A stretch of DNA of 21,143 bases from Deltaproteobacteria bacterium (GCA_032128375.1 JAQBGU010000079.1:1-21143), one strand, 5' to 3'; positions 7,830 to 17,774 are shown, numbered from the stretch's first letter. Numbers and translations are program-made. The notes: generated by a model not told the origin, from the letters alone.

Positions 7830-8992
7830 CTTCATCGCGGCCCCGAATCGTCATCAATACCCTGTCTGCCCGAACCGGTGGCGGTTTGACCTATGCCCGC
7901 AACCTGCTCAAGCATTTCGAGTTCGATGATCGCGCCGATGTCTACGTTCTCGTCGCGGCACAACGAAGACACATGCTGCCGGACGGAGCGTACACCTTCA
8001 TCGACTGCAAATTTGCGGGACAGAACGTTCTCCAGCGCACACTGTGGGAGGCGGTCGGGTTGCCGCGACTGCTGCGGGAGCTCGAGGCCGACGTCTACTA
8101 CGTGCTCTCCGGGACGCTTGCCGCCAAACCGCCGGGGGGCTGCAAGTCGGTGGTCGCCTTCCGAAATCTTCTGCCGTTCGATTCGAAAAATCGCAAGCGC
8201 TACCCGCACGGCTACACCCGCTATCGGCTCTGGCTGATCGGCCAGGCTCAGCCTCGCTCGTTTGCCCGCGCGGATCTCGTGATCTTTATTTCGGAGTTCG
8301 GACGCGAGGTTGTCGAGGCAGTCGTCACCGAGCGCGCGGGTCGAGCCGTCGTGATCCCACACGGTGTCGGCGAAGCGTTCAAGAGCGATGACGTGGTAGA
8401 AGGTGACTGGAACGAGCGCTGGCCCGATGGATACGTGCTCTATGTGTCCATCCTCGACGTGTACAAGTCCCAACTCGAAGTCGTAGAGGCGTGGAAGACC
8501 GTGCGCTCGACGCGTGAGACGGGTGAAAAACTGGTCTTGGCGGGGCCCGAGTACCCCCCGTACGCACGACGGGTCAAACGGAAGATTGCCGAGTTGGGAC
8601 TCGGGGATGAAGTCGTGTTGCTCGGTCCAGTCACCCACGATTATCTTCCGGGGCTCTACCGGAGTTCGAAGGTCACCGTGTTCGCGTCACAATGTGAGAA
8701 CTGTCCGAATATTCTGCTGGAGGCGATGGCCGGCGGTCGACCGGTACTCTGCTCGAGCGACCAGCCGATGCCCGAGTTCGGCGCAGATGCCGTTGTCTAC
8801 TTCGATCCGACGAACTCGGTTGAGTTGGCTGACCGATTGATCGAAATGCTGAACGATCCCGAACTGCGGCGGGACTACGGCGACCGGGCGAAGCGCAGAA
8901 GCGGCGACTTCCGGGTCGACGAAGCGATGCGCAAGACCTGGGTGAGCATGCTGGAGCTGGCCAACTCGGATGCCACGGGATCCGGCAAGTAG
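7826..8992 (+). CDS. Glycosyltransferase family 4 (GT-B, retaining)
   Basis: TGGGLTY N-terminal loop, IFISEF, VIPHGV, YKSQ, and the donor-binding motif SQCENCPNILLEAMAGGRPVLCS, followed by YFDP. Confidence 0.93.
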   Translation: MTSSRPRIVINTLSARTGGGLTYARNLLKHFEFDDRADVYVLVAAQRRHMLPDGAYTFIDCKFAGQNVLQRTLWEAVGLPRLLRELEADVYYVLSGTLAAKPPGGCKSVVAFRNLLPFDSKNRKRYPHGYTRYRLWLIGQAQPRSFARADLVIFISEFGREVVEAVVTERAGRAVVIPHGVGEAFKSDDVVEGDWNERWPDGYVLYVSILDVYKSQLEVVEAWKTVRSTRETGEKLVLAGPEYPPYARRVKRKIAELGLGDEVVLLGPVTHDYLPGLYRSSKVTVFASQCENCPNILLEAMAGGRPVLCSSDQPMPEFGADAVVYFDPTNSVELADRLIEMLNDPELRRDYGDRAKRRSGDFRVDEAMRKTWVSMLELANSDATGSGK

Positions 8993-9208
8993 CCGGCTCG
9001 AATCGGTCCGTTGGCCCACCGCAGGCCTCGATGCAAGTTGCCGATTGCAAGCTACCGCTCGGTTCCGGGTCTTTCTCGGCAGGAAGGAGCATTTGATCGG
9101 TGGATTGGTGCCACGGCTGCGACTTTCGAAACCACTGCCAGAAGTGGAGGTTACTCTCGTCCAAACGATGATCTTTTCGCCTCGCATCGGCTTCCGGAGC
9201 CAGAATCG

Positions 9209-10810
9209 ATGACGACCTTGATGGCGGTGATCCAGTTGATCCTGGTACCGGTACAGGTGCCTTCCGATGGCGGCTGCCTCGAGGCCCCTGCGCCCAATGT
9301 GCTGACCGAGGAGAACTTTTCCTATCTGACGAATCTGTCGACACTCGAGCACCCGACGACCGAGCAGCCCTGGGTCGACCTCTACGTTTCGAGCGAAGAG
9401 ACGGGCCACTACCCGCTCGGGGACAACGCCAACAGCGGGGAAGACCCCTCTGAAGCGCTGCAAAACTTTCAGGGCCTTCAGACGAAACTCGATTCGCTGA
9501 CGAGCCGCTGCGGCATCCGGATCAATCTCGATTGGGCCGATTCGTTCATTGGCTCGAATGTGCGGTCGCTCGAATTTCATCCCACTTGTACCGACGCGCA
9601 GAATCTGGGCATCTGGCTCCGCAGTTCGCTTCCGGGCACGCGGGTGCAGGTCGACTGCACCAACTGGAACGGCAGCTCGGCACTGTTCGCTTTCCGGGAC
9701 AACGCCGGTAGCGATGGGGGCTGGAGCGCGGTCGAGAACGTCAACGTGGCGTGGTGCGATGAGGATCTGTTCAGTGCGCCGAGCGGCACCCGATCCCACG
9801 GGCTGGTGTTCAATTCCGGAGGTACGGTCGAAGGCGCCCACCAGATCCTGACCGCGCATTCCGCTGGAAGTGGTAACGGCAACGAAATCGTCGCGATCAA
9901 CAGCTACGGACTAGCACTGGGAGGTGGAGTCGCTATTCAACCCGGATCGTTCGGGAGGATCACCGCAATCGGACGGGGGACCTTCTCCTCGAGCGGCAAT
10001 TCGCTGTTCGCGAGCCATGGCACGATCAATGTGGTTGGACACTACTTCGACGACGGACCTGACTTGCCGGGAGACGGGGACCGGCGCCTGCTCAGCTACC
10101 GTCTGAGTGCCGGTACGAGTGGTGAACAATTCGACCTGATGTTGGTCAATGTCGGCGCACGTACGGAATCCAACAGCAAGAACCCCGCTATGCGCGCCCA
10201 GAATTCGGGCTGCCTGGGCAGCGGTGCGTTCATGAATGCGAAACTGTTCAAGGTTACGACTTCGGGCTGGCACCAGGGGTACGGCGGTTTCTGGTTGAAC
10301 AGCTGCGATCAGAATGCGGCGCAGATCGAGGCGAGTTGTCTGGATATCTCGGACAACAGAAAGATGTTCGTGCTCCTTCCGGGGATGACTCCTGCCAACC
10401 TGGATATCGATGTGAGCAATTCGATCTGGGACGACGAGCCGGGCGCTGGATTATCGTGGAATTACGATGGTGTCAACTACGCGACCCGGGAAGAGTTCGT
10501 CGCGGCCAGTGGAAACCTCTTCACCAATGTGATGGAGGATGCGTCGAGTCAGGAATCCGCTGGGCCGGGTGTCGACGGAAACAGTTTTTCCGATGCCATC
10601 GACCCATCGATCATCTTGCCGGGTAACGGTGCAAACCCCGACTCCAATGCGATCCTGCCCGACCCGAACAAGGAGGCGTATGGGCAGTGCACGACGAGGT
10701 TTACGAGCACGCTCGACCCGGCCGTTCCCGGCATCGTGTCGCGATCGGGCGTCGCGATCGACACGGTGGACATGAACCGGTGTCGAACCTCGAACATCGG
10801 CTATCAGTAG
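9209..10810 (+). CDS. Hypothetical extracytoplasmic protein, probable right-handed beta-helix (pectin lyase-like) fold
   Basis: 533 aa from ATG 9209 (GGAG at 9196-9199); the frame is open from 9011. Hydrophobic N-terminus MTTLMAVIQLILVPV, G/S/N/D-rich composition, cap motif LYVSS...GDNANSGEDPSEALQNFQ, C-terminal NIGYQ (DIGAYE-like) and 10 Cys. Confidence 0.7.
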   Translation: MTTLMAVIQLILVPVQVPSDGGCLEAPAPNVLTEENFSYLTNLSTLEHPTTEQPWVDLYVSSEETGHYPLGDNANSGEDPSEALQNFQGLQTKLDSLTSRCGIRINLDWADSFIGSNVRSLEFHPTCTDAQNLGIWLRSSLPGTRVQVDCTNWNGSSALFAFRDNAGSDGGWSAVENVNVAWCDEDLFSAPSGTRSHGLVFNSGGTVEGAHQILTAHSAGSGNGNEIVAINSYGLALGGGVAIQPGSFGRITAIGRGTFSSSGNSLFASHGTINVVGHYFDDGPDLPGDGDRRLLSYRLSAGTSGEQFDLMLVNVGARTESNSKNPAMRAQNSGCLGSGAFMNAKLFKVTTSGWHQGYGGFWLNSCDQNAAQIEASCLDISDNRKMFVLLPGMTPANLDIDVSNSIWDDEPGAGLSWNYDGVNYATREEFVAASGNLFTNVMEDASSQESAGPGVDGNSFSDAIDPSIILPGNGANPDSNAILPDPNKEAYGQCTTRFTSTLDPAVPGIVSRSGVAIDTVDMNRCRTSNIGYQ

Positions 10811-12660
10811 CGCCGCGACTCGCCTGTCTGTGCAGGTTCGTACCCGTTCCACTGAGCCAGCGCGTACAGCGTCCAAACCGCGATCGGCCGCATCGTCCCG
10901 GAGCGGGCCATGCTCACGGCTTGCTCCGACCGAATTGCGTCGGGTAGCAGCGATCGCCAGCTGGACGTGTTGGAAACCAGTTCCGCCTCGATTCTCGTCA
11001 TCAGCTCCCCGCGCATTGGCATCGAAAAGCCGAGCTTCGGTCGGTGAATGAACGAATCCGGAAATCGCCGCGCGAGGTAGCGTCGGATGATCTTCTTGGT
11101 GCTCCTCGATCCGAATCCCCTTTGTTTCAGAGATTCGGGCAGCCGCGCAGCGAACTCGACCACTCGGTGGTCGAGGAATGGCACCCTCACTTCCAGGCTG
11201 TGCGCCATGCTCGTCACGTCGACCTTCGGGAGCATCTGGTCGGAAACGCCGAACGACTGATCCAAGAACAGCGCGCGGTTGACCGATCCGCGGACGCGCG
11301 CGTTCGACAGTTCGTCGCGCATCAGCGCGCAGTGCGCCTCGATGGCCTGACGAGGTCGGCAGTCTGGGTGCATGAGTCGCTCCACATCTTCGATCGACTG
11401 ACGCTCGCGCCCCCGCACGTAGAGTGCCGTGTCGTCCAATAGTGACAATTCGCCGAAGCGTCCGAGTCCGGGAAGGGAAGTGGAAAGGCTACGCAGACTG
11501 CGCGGGAGCCCTCGCAGATACCCAACCGCCTGGACGTTGCGCAGGCTATAGCCTGCAAAGACTTCGTCGCCGCCGTCACCCGACAGCGCGACCGTGCAGA
11601 GGCTCCTGATCGTCCGACTCAATGCCTGATTGGGTACGGCCGCGGGATCGCCAAAGGGTTCGGGAAACAGCGAGAGCGTCTCTGTGATGTGATCCGCGGG
11701 ATCGTCTTGCATCGACAGTTCGTGATGATCGGTCCCGAGGGTTTCGGCGGCTTGTTTCGCCCAGGTCGATTCATTCGCTTCGGGATCCTCGAACGCCAGG
11801 TTGAAGGTCAGCAATCGATCGTTCGAGATCTCAGATGCCGCTTGAACGACCGAGGTCGAGTCCATCCCGCCGGAGAGAAAGGATCCCAGCGGAACATCGG
11901 ATACGAGGTGCTCCTGGACGACGCTCGCAAACAGCCGCTCGAAGCGCTTCTGGTGGACGGCGGCTGGCTCGTGGTTCGGTTCGAAGCGCAAGTCCCAGTA
12001 GCGGCGGGTGGTGGCGGAACCCGCTTCGACGATGCAGCGCTCCCCCGGACGGAGTTTCCGAATTCCGCGGTGGATCGACCATGGCGCCGGTACGTAGCCG
12101 TAGTACAGGTACAACGCGAGGGCTTCGTGATCGATCTCGGGGCGCGCTTCCGGCATGCATGTGAGCGCTCGGGGATCTGATGCATATCCGAAGAACTGTG
12201 GCGTGTCGAAGACGAATAGCGGCTTGATTCCCAGCCGGTCACGTGCGAGCAGCAGCCGGCGCCTCCGCTCGTCCCAGATGGCGATCGCGAACATGCCGCA
12301 CAATTGTTCGAGTACATCGTCACCCCATTGTTCGTAGCCGGCGACGATGACCTCCGTATCGGAGCGCGTCACGAAGCAGTGTCCCAATGCGGTGAGCCGT
12401 TCGCGCAATCGCTCGAAGCCGTAGATCTCACCGTTCAGAGTGACCCAGACGGTGCCCGACGCGTTACCCATCGGTTGGTGACCGCCGGCCAGATCGATGA
12501 TCGACAGCCGTCGAAAGCCCATCGCCAGTCCAGACTCGCTGCGATAGGTCCCGAAGTCGTCTGGGCCGCGGTCCTGCATCACCTCGGTGGCCGACCGGAT
12601 CACCGCATCGCTGGGCGCCGGCTTACCGTCGCGTTGCCACCAACCCCAGATTCCGCACAT
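10804..12660 (-). CDS. asnB: Asparagine synthase (glutamine-hydrolysing)-like amidotransferase
   Basis: N-terminal MCGIWG (Ntn Cys nucleophile), RGPDD, RRLSIID, NGEIY, ARDRLGIKPL, FLSGGMDS, LSGDGGDEVFAGY and SLEVRVPFLD. GGAGG RBS upstream of 12660. Confidence 0.95.
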   Translation of the reverse strand: MCGIWGWWQRDGKPAPSDAVIRSATEVMQDRGPDDFGTYRSESGLAMGFRRLSIIDLAGGHQPMGNASGTVWVTLNGEIYGFERLRERLTALGHCFVTRSDTEVIVAGYEQWGDDVLEQLCGMFAIAIWDERRRRLLLARDRLGIKPLFVFDTPQFFGYASDPRALTCMPEARPEIDHEALALYLYYGYVPAPWSIHRGIRKLRPGERCIVEAGSATTRRYWDLRFEPNHEPAAVHQKRFERLFASVVQEHLVSDVPLGSFLSGGMDSTSVVQAASEISNDRLLTFNLAFEDPEANESTWAKQAAETLGTDHHELSMQDDPADHITETLSLFPEPFGDPAAVPNQALSRTIRSLCTVALSGDGGDEVFAGYSLRNVQAVGYLRGLPRSLRSLSTSLPGLGRFGELSLLDDTALYVRGRERQSIEDVERLMHPDCRPRQAIEAHCALMRDELSNARVRGSVNRALFLDQSFGVSDQMLPKVDVTSMAHSLEVRVPFLDHRVVEFAARLPESLKQRGFGSRSTKKIIRRYLARRFPDSFIHRPKLGFSMPMRGELMTRIEAELVSNTSSWRSLLPDAIRSEQAVSMARSGTMRPIAVWTLYALAQWNGYEPAQTGESRRY

Positions 12661-12773
12661 CTTTCGTCCTCCGCTCAGCCGATCATGCCGGAGCATCGAC
12701 CACGATCTCAGAATGTCGCGTTACCAAAAGCCCGCTGATTGGCGTGCAGGACGACGTGTCCCGCAATTCGGAA

Positions 12774-14114
12774 TCATGAACTCGGTCCCAGGCCAAGTAC
12801 GCGAGCGACCGGCGCAAAATCGCTGCGCTGGAACGCGAATAGTTTGCGAATCGGCAGCTTGCTCACGTGCAGAAATGCGAACATCGCAACGAACGTCGAA
12901 CCGAGGTAGGCAATCGACGTTGCCGCCGCAGCGCCACTCGCCCCCATGGAAGGAATCAACAAGAGGCTGATGACGAGCGTCATGCCCGCCCCTACAGACG
13001 CGATGGTCGCGTTCCACCTCGGGCGCTTCGCGCCCGCCAGGTACTGGATGATAACCCGGACGATCGAGAACGCGATCGTGCCGGGGATCAGGATCCAGAA
13101 GGGCTCGACCGCGTCCGCAAAGTCGTCGCTGAACAGAAGCGGGATTAGCGTGGGTGCCAAAACCGCTGCGCAAACACCGGCCGCGAGCGTGATCATGAAT
13201 GTCAGGCGCATTGCTCCGGCCACACGTTCGGCGAAATCCGGGTCGTCGGCGCGGCGGGTGGTCCGAACCGACAACACGCGAATCAGGGGCGTCACGAGCA
13301 TCCACAGTATCCCGGCCGGCCCGAGCACGGCGGTGTACAGGCCAGTTTCGTGCAGGTCTTTCAGGGCGACGAGGAGGAAGATGTTCAGTCGCATGTTTGT
13401 CTGCAACAACATCGAGCTGAGGTATTGCCACCATCCGTACCGGAACATTTCGTTGAGCTCGTGTCGGGGCAACTGTGTCGAGCGAAACGAGAGGAGTAGC
13501 TGTCGGCCGTCGAGGTAGATGAATAGGCTGAAGGAGATCGAGAGTTGGATCAACAAAGCGAACAGGGCCACTTCGAGGGAGACCGATGCCAACAGCCAAC
13601 ACCCGCCGAGAACCACGACCTGGAGCGCCATCGCGAAATTTGTTCCGAATGTCGAGTATCCATAGCGCTCTTGGCCGGATAGGTAGTTGCTCCACATGCC
13701 GGTCACCGAGCTCAGAAAGATAATCAGCGCGTAGCTGACGATCGCGAGGGTTCCAAGGCCGGACGGAATCAACCAATCAGGGACACCCTGCAGGCCGCAC
13801 ACCAAGATGAGCAACCCCCCCGCTCCTCCAGATGCGACCCCGATCGTCGTGGTGGTCTTGAGCACCTGCAGGCGATCGATTTCGGCCCGCGCGCTCCAGT
13901 AGCGAACCGCGAAATCAAGCCCGAAGCCGAGCAATCCGGGGAGGATCGAAACCGCGGTGACCACGATTCCGTAGGCACCGCGACCTTCGGTGCCTAGCGA
14001 ACGCGCGATAATCACGGACACGCCCAACGTGATCGCGGGCGTGATCAGAGTGCTGAGGCCCACGAATCGCACGAGGCGATGGAGACTCTGCTCCTGAAAC
14101 CCTTCTTCCGCCAT
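12774..14114 (-). CDS. Wzx-type oligosaccharide/polysaccharide flippase (MOP superfamily)
   Basis: About 12 TM segments, IIARSLGTEGRGAYG, ETGLYTAV and LLLIPSMGASGAAAATSIAY. Start at ATG 14114, 7 nt after the oxidoreductase stop. Confidence 0.9.
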   Translation of the reverse strand: MAEEGFQEQSLHRLVRFVGLSTLITPAITLGVSVIIARSLGTEGRGAYGIVVTAVSILPGLLGFGLDFAVRYWSARAEIDRLQVLKTTTTIGVASGGAGGLLILVCGLQGVPDWLIPSGLGTLAIVSYALIIFLSSVTGMWSNYLSGQERYGYSTFGTNFAMALQVVVLGGCWLLASVSLEVALFALLIQLSISFSLFIYLDGRQLLLSFRSTQLPRHELNEMFRYGWWQYLSSMLLQTNMRLNIFLLVALKDLHETGLYTAVLGPAGILWMLVTPLIRVLSVRTTRRADDPDFAERVAGAMRLTFMITLAAGVCAAVLAPTLIPLLFSDDFADAVEPFWILIPGTIAFSIVRVIIQYLAGAKRPRWNATIASVGAGMTLVISLLLIPSMGASGAAAATSIAYLGSTFVAMFAFLHVSKLPIRKLFAFQRSDFAPVARVLGLGPSS

Positions 14115-14121
14115 CGGGGCC

Positions 14122-16257
14122 CTATCCCAGCTTGATTTCGAGCCCGCTGAGCGCGGATTCTCCGATAGCGAACGTGGCGCGGGAGACGCCGTGTATTTCT
14201 TCGAGACTGAACGGCGACGGCTCGCCGCGGCGTACTGCAGCAATGACCTCGGTGACGGCGGTCGACTGGCCTTTGTCCTGGTTCAGCGTCTTGAATGTCT
14301 TGCGCCCGGTGATCACGGTACTTCGGTAGTTGTCGCACTGCGCGGTGACGCCGCCGCAGGAGACTTCGAAGCGCTCCTTGGACAGCTCGGTACTCGCCTG
14401 GGAGAGGTATTCGATGCTCGCAATCGACCCATCCGAAAAGCCGAGCAGAGTGACCACGGAGTCATCGCTTTCCGGGTCGCGGGATAGCGCGCGTGCGTAC
14501 ACAGTCGTCGGTGCGCTTCCGACGAGATAGACGCAGGTATCGACGAAATGGCAGACCTCCTCGATCGTGCGGCCGCCGCCCACGGCCGGGTCTGTGTGCC
14601 AGGTTCCGCCCGGGGTCGTTCCGCATGCGACCACATAGTGGATCGAAAGCGAGCCGTGGCGGTTGGCGAAGGTTTCCCGCACCGCGCGAGCATGTGGTGA
14701 AAAGCGCCTGTTGTAACCAATGCTCAAAAAGCCGCCGGTCTCTTGTGCCACGGCGATCAACTCGTCGACCTGATCGGTCCGGATGCCGGCCGGCTTTTCG
14801 AGCCACACCGCCTTTCCCGCGCGCAGTGCCTGCTGCGCGAGGTCGCTGTGGATATCGTTCTGGGTCGCGATGAACACGAGGCCGACTTCGTCGTTATCGA
14901 ATGCGGAGCGCGGATCCGTGCTGCAGCTCGCGTAACCGAATTTTTCAGCAGTCCGCCGCGCTGATGGGCCGGTCGCGGTCACGATCTCGACGGGTCGAAC
15001 GCCACTCACCTTTGCGACGGCAGGCAGCAGGATGCCCTTCGCGTAGTTGCCCGCGCCGATGAACGCGACGCCGAGTGTGTCGACCGCGTTTCGCACTGAC
15101 GTCTGGGCCAATGCAAGGCTGCGCGCAGCATCGGCGTCGCCGCCGTAGCGGAACACGATCGCCAGCGATCGGCGGGTTCCCGACGCGAGTTCTTCGTAGG
15201 CCGACTCGGCCTCAGCAAAGTCCACCGTCTGCACGTCGAGACGCGCCGGGTCGATCGAGTTGGAGGCGACCAACGCGAGGAATGCCTGCAGGTTTCGGTT
15301 TTCGGTCCACCGCACGTATGAGATCGGGTAGTCGAGTCCGACCTCCTCGTAGCGGCGGTCGTATCGGCCGGGGCCGTAGGACATGCTCATGCGCAACTCG
15401 AGCTCTTTGTCGTAGAAGAAGCGACGCTCGAGGTCCATCGCGGTCGATCCAACGATCGAAATGCGCCCTTTCATTCTACACAGGTCTGCCGCCAGTTCGA
15501 TCGGTGCGGAGCTGTTGGATGCAGCGGTCACCATCGAGAAGTCGGCTCCATAACCGTGTGTCGCCTGGTTGCGCCACAGGGTGTGATCATCCCCGGGAGC
15601 CGCACCCCACTCGGCACCGAGATCCATGGCTTGCTTTACCCGGATGGGGTCGAGATCGATCGCGAGCACGCGACAGCCGTTAGCGATCAGCAGCTGGACG
15701 GCGAGCTGCCCGACCAGACCCAGGCCTATCACAGCCGCGATCTCTCCCAACGTCGGGTCTGCGACGCGCAGTCCCTGCATGGAGATCGCGCCCAGTGTGG
15801 CAAACGCGGCCTTTTGCAGCGGCACGCCGTCGGGGACGCGCGCCACCAGATTTTCCGGGATGCAGTTGATCTCGGCGTGATTGGCATAGCCGGCTCCGGC
15901 ACAGGCCACGCGGTCGCCCGCAGCGAAGCCCGTTACGCCTTCACCGACCGATTCGACGACGCCAGCACACGAATATCCCAGCGGCTGAGGCGCATCGAGT
16001 CGCGTTGTCACCGCGCGATACGTTGGCATAGGCCCTTCCTGGACCAACTTCCGGGTGACCTGCTTCACCAGATCCGGCCGGCTTCGCGCTTTGCCCAGCA
16101 ATGTCTTTCTCGCGAAATCCATTGCCTGTTTCTCAGTACCCGGTGACACCACGGAGTAGTGATTGCGCACCACGACGAATCCCGGTGTCGGTGCCGGCGC
16201 CGGTACTTCGACGAGTTCGAGTTTGCCGCTGCGCGGACTCTGAACGATCTGCTTCAT
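14122..16257 (-). CDS. Bi-domain oxidoreductase (MDR/Zn-dehydrogenase-like N-domain fused to Gfo/Idh/MocA C-domain)
   Basis: SVVSPGTE, PLGYSCAG, GLGLVG, SMSYGPGRYD and YVRWTENRN; second Rossmann motif IGAGNYA, WLEKP, GYNRRFSP and CHFVD. ATGA overlap with the DUF362 gene. Confidence 0.93.
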   Translation of the reverse strand: MKQIVQSPRSGKLELVEVPAPAPTPGFVVVRNHYSVVSPGTEKQAMDFARKTLLGKARSRPDLVKQVTRKLVQEGPMPTYRAVTTRLDAPQPLGYSCAGVVESVGEGVTGFAAGDRVACAGAGYANHAEINCIPENLVARVPDGVPLQKAAFATLGAISMQGLRVADPTLGEIAAVIGLGLVGQLAVQLLIANGCRVLAIDLDPIRVKQAMDLGAEWGAAPGDDHTLWRNQATHGYGADFSMVTAASNSSAPIELAADLCRMKGRISIVGSTAMDLERRFFYDKELELRMSMSYGPGRYDRRYEEVGLDYPISYVRWTENRNLQAFLALVASNSIDPARLDVQTVDFAEAESAYEELASGTRRSLAIVFRYGGDADAARSLALAQTSVRNAVDTLGVAFIGAGNYAKGILLPAVAKVSGVRPVEIVTATGPSARRTAEKFGYASCSTDPRSAFDNDEVGLVFIATQNDIHSDLAQQALRAGKAVWLEKPAGIRTDQVDELIAVAQETGGFLSIGYNRRFSPHARAVRETFANRHGSLSIHYVVACGTTPGGTWHTDPAVGGGRTIEEVCHFVDTCVYLVGSAPTTVYARALSRDPESDDSVVTLLGFSDGSIASIEYLSQASTELSKERFEVSCGGVTAQCDNYRSTVITGRKTFKTLNQDKGQSTAVTEVIAAVRRGEPSPFSLEEIHGVSRATFAIGESALSGLEIKLG

Positions 16258-17774
16258 TCCGGCTTCCTCTGGTTGGGGCCGCGCCCACGTTTGGCTAGAT
16301 GGTCGGCCCAGCCAGGATGCGCGACGAACGCGTAGTGGCAGTCTATTTCGTCGAGCCGACGTTCCGACGGCGTATCCGAATCGGCCTGCAGCTCGAATAC
16401 CGCGACATCGTCCGCTGATCGCACTTGTGTGATGCGCAGCGTCTCATCCCGCATCGGTTCGTACAGTTTTGGGAGCCGCTCTTCGCAAAAGCCCATCATG
16501 CGTGCGGCAACCAGGTCGAGTGCGACAGGGTCGGTTGCCGCGATGACTGCGCCCAGCGGGACGTCCATCGGTGACAGCGGGCCATCACCTTCGCCGGCCA
16601 CGATTCCGTCGATCACGGTCAGAATCACGCGCACCGGCTCGGGTGCGTCGAAGTGTTCGCCGTCCGCATTGCTGTAGTAGAGACAGCGGTTCAGGTCGAC
16701 ACACATGCGCCAGGTGGTTCGATTGCCGTGCCAATTTCCACTGCGGATGAACGCCTTACCCCGTGCGGCGTCTTCGGTGCGGCGAACCCACTGCACCAGT
16801 TTGGTGCCAATACCGCGCATGAGCAGCTTGCGCGCGATTTCGGTCGCAAAGCTGCGCACTCCGTCGACCCAACTCGAACCCGGGTATTCGTCACCGCCTG
16901 ATTCCACCGATCCAACACTGTGATGCGGCAGCAGGTTTTTGTCACCGTTGATTCCAACCATATTCTTCAGCGCCAGCGTCACGCCCGTCTTCTTGTGGGT
17001 CTTCAGCTTCGGCAGGTTGACGACCAGGTCGGCGGACAACACCGTCTCGGATAGAAGGTAGTCATTTCGGCCATTCATGTGGTGCCGTGAGGTAGGCCCC
17101 GGGTCGTAGTCAGCACCGCGGAACCGCGCGGGGTCCATGCCCGAGCCTTCGAATGTGCTGTGGCGGCCGAGGTCGATCATCCGGTAACCGGCAGGGTCTC
17201 CCGGCAGGGATCGGCGTTCGACGATGACGGCATCTTCGTAGCGCACGCACTCGCGGCGAAGGTCGATGACCTCGAGTTCGCGTCCGAGGTGTGTTTCGTA
17301 GAATGCCACGAGTACGTCCAACCCGGCGATCTCTCGGATCTGGTCAAAATCGCAGTCGTGCTGCGGCGCTTCGGCGATCACGACAGAGCCCTCGGAACCG
17401 GCTGCCAGGAACGCGTAATCGGCCATTACGCGCAACATGGAACCGTGTGTGATGACGGATTGGACGCTGGCCGCACCGGGGTGCGCCGTGGAACTCGGGT
17501 TCCAGTGTCGGATGAAGTTCGGTTTCAATACGATCCGCGAGCCGCGGCTCACCAGTGCGCCCAGCGGGTTCCACTCGGCACTTCCGAAGCGCTCCGCGTC
17601 GAGCCCCAGCGCCATCAGTGCGCCCCGCACCGCTGCATAGACGTGGTTGGCCGGGCCCTCCGCGGCGGCGTCGCCGAGCAGGTCCGCGAGTTCGGGCAGC
17701 AGCTTGCCCGGACCAAAGGGTGGCGCCAGCCCAACATAGCTGGGTTCGGTTCGCGCGAGTCCAACCCGAATCAC
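16254..17774 (-). CDS. DUF362 domain-containing protein
   Basis: IVLKPNF, VITH, IAEAP, VNLPKLKTHKKTGVTLALKNMVG, DGIVAGEGDGP and DPVALD. GTG start overlaps the stop of the ligase gene (GTGA). Confidence 0.9.
   Translation of the reverse strand: MIRVGLARTEPSYVGLAPPFGPGKLLPELADLLGDAAAEGPANHVYAAVRGALMALGLDAERFGSAEWNPLGALVSRGSRIVLKPNFIRHWNPSSTAHPGAASVQSVITHGSMLRVMADYAFLAAGSEGSVVIAEAPQHDCDFDQIREIAGLDVLVAFYETHLGRELEVIDLRRECVRYEDAVIVERRSLPGDPAGYRMIDLGRHSTFEGSGMDPARFRGADYDPGPTSRHHMNGRNDYLLSETVLSADLVVNLPKLKTHKKTGVTLALKNMVGINGDKNLLPHHSVGSVESGGDEYPGSSWVDGVRSFATEIARKLLMRGIGTKLVQWVRRTEDAARGKAFIRSGNWHGNRTTWRMCVDLNRCLYYSNADGEHFDAPEPVRVILTVIDGIVAGEGDGPLSPMDVPLGAVIAATDPVALDLVAARMMGFCEERLPKLYEPMRDETLRITQVRSADDVAVFELQADSDTPSERRLDEIDCHYAFVAHPGWADHLAKRGRGPNQRKPE

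Noticed and set aside
3521..9001. Recurring CGGCTCG(CG) word near gene ends (about 3522, 4739, 4795 and 8994)
   Set aside because: Short and GC-rich, and also present inside coding sequence (about 7461). No evidence of a REP-like element.
9011..9212. N-terminal extension of the beta-helix ORF from TTG 9011, and a mini-ORF 9093-9212 overlapping its ATG
   Set aside because: The extension is low-information sequence ahead of a better RBS-linked ATG at 9209. The mini-ORF has poor RBS spacing and no motif.
8687..13776. Long alternative ORFs such as 8687-9859 (-) and 12721-13776 (-), and similarly 5948-6862 (-), 2694-3557 (-) and 17160-17939 (+) elsewhere
   Set aside because: Antisense or off-frame shadows of well-supported genes, common at high GC content.
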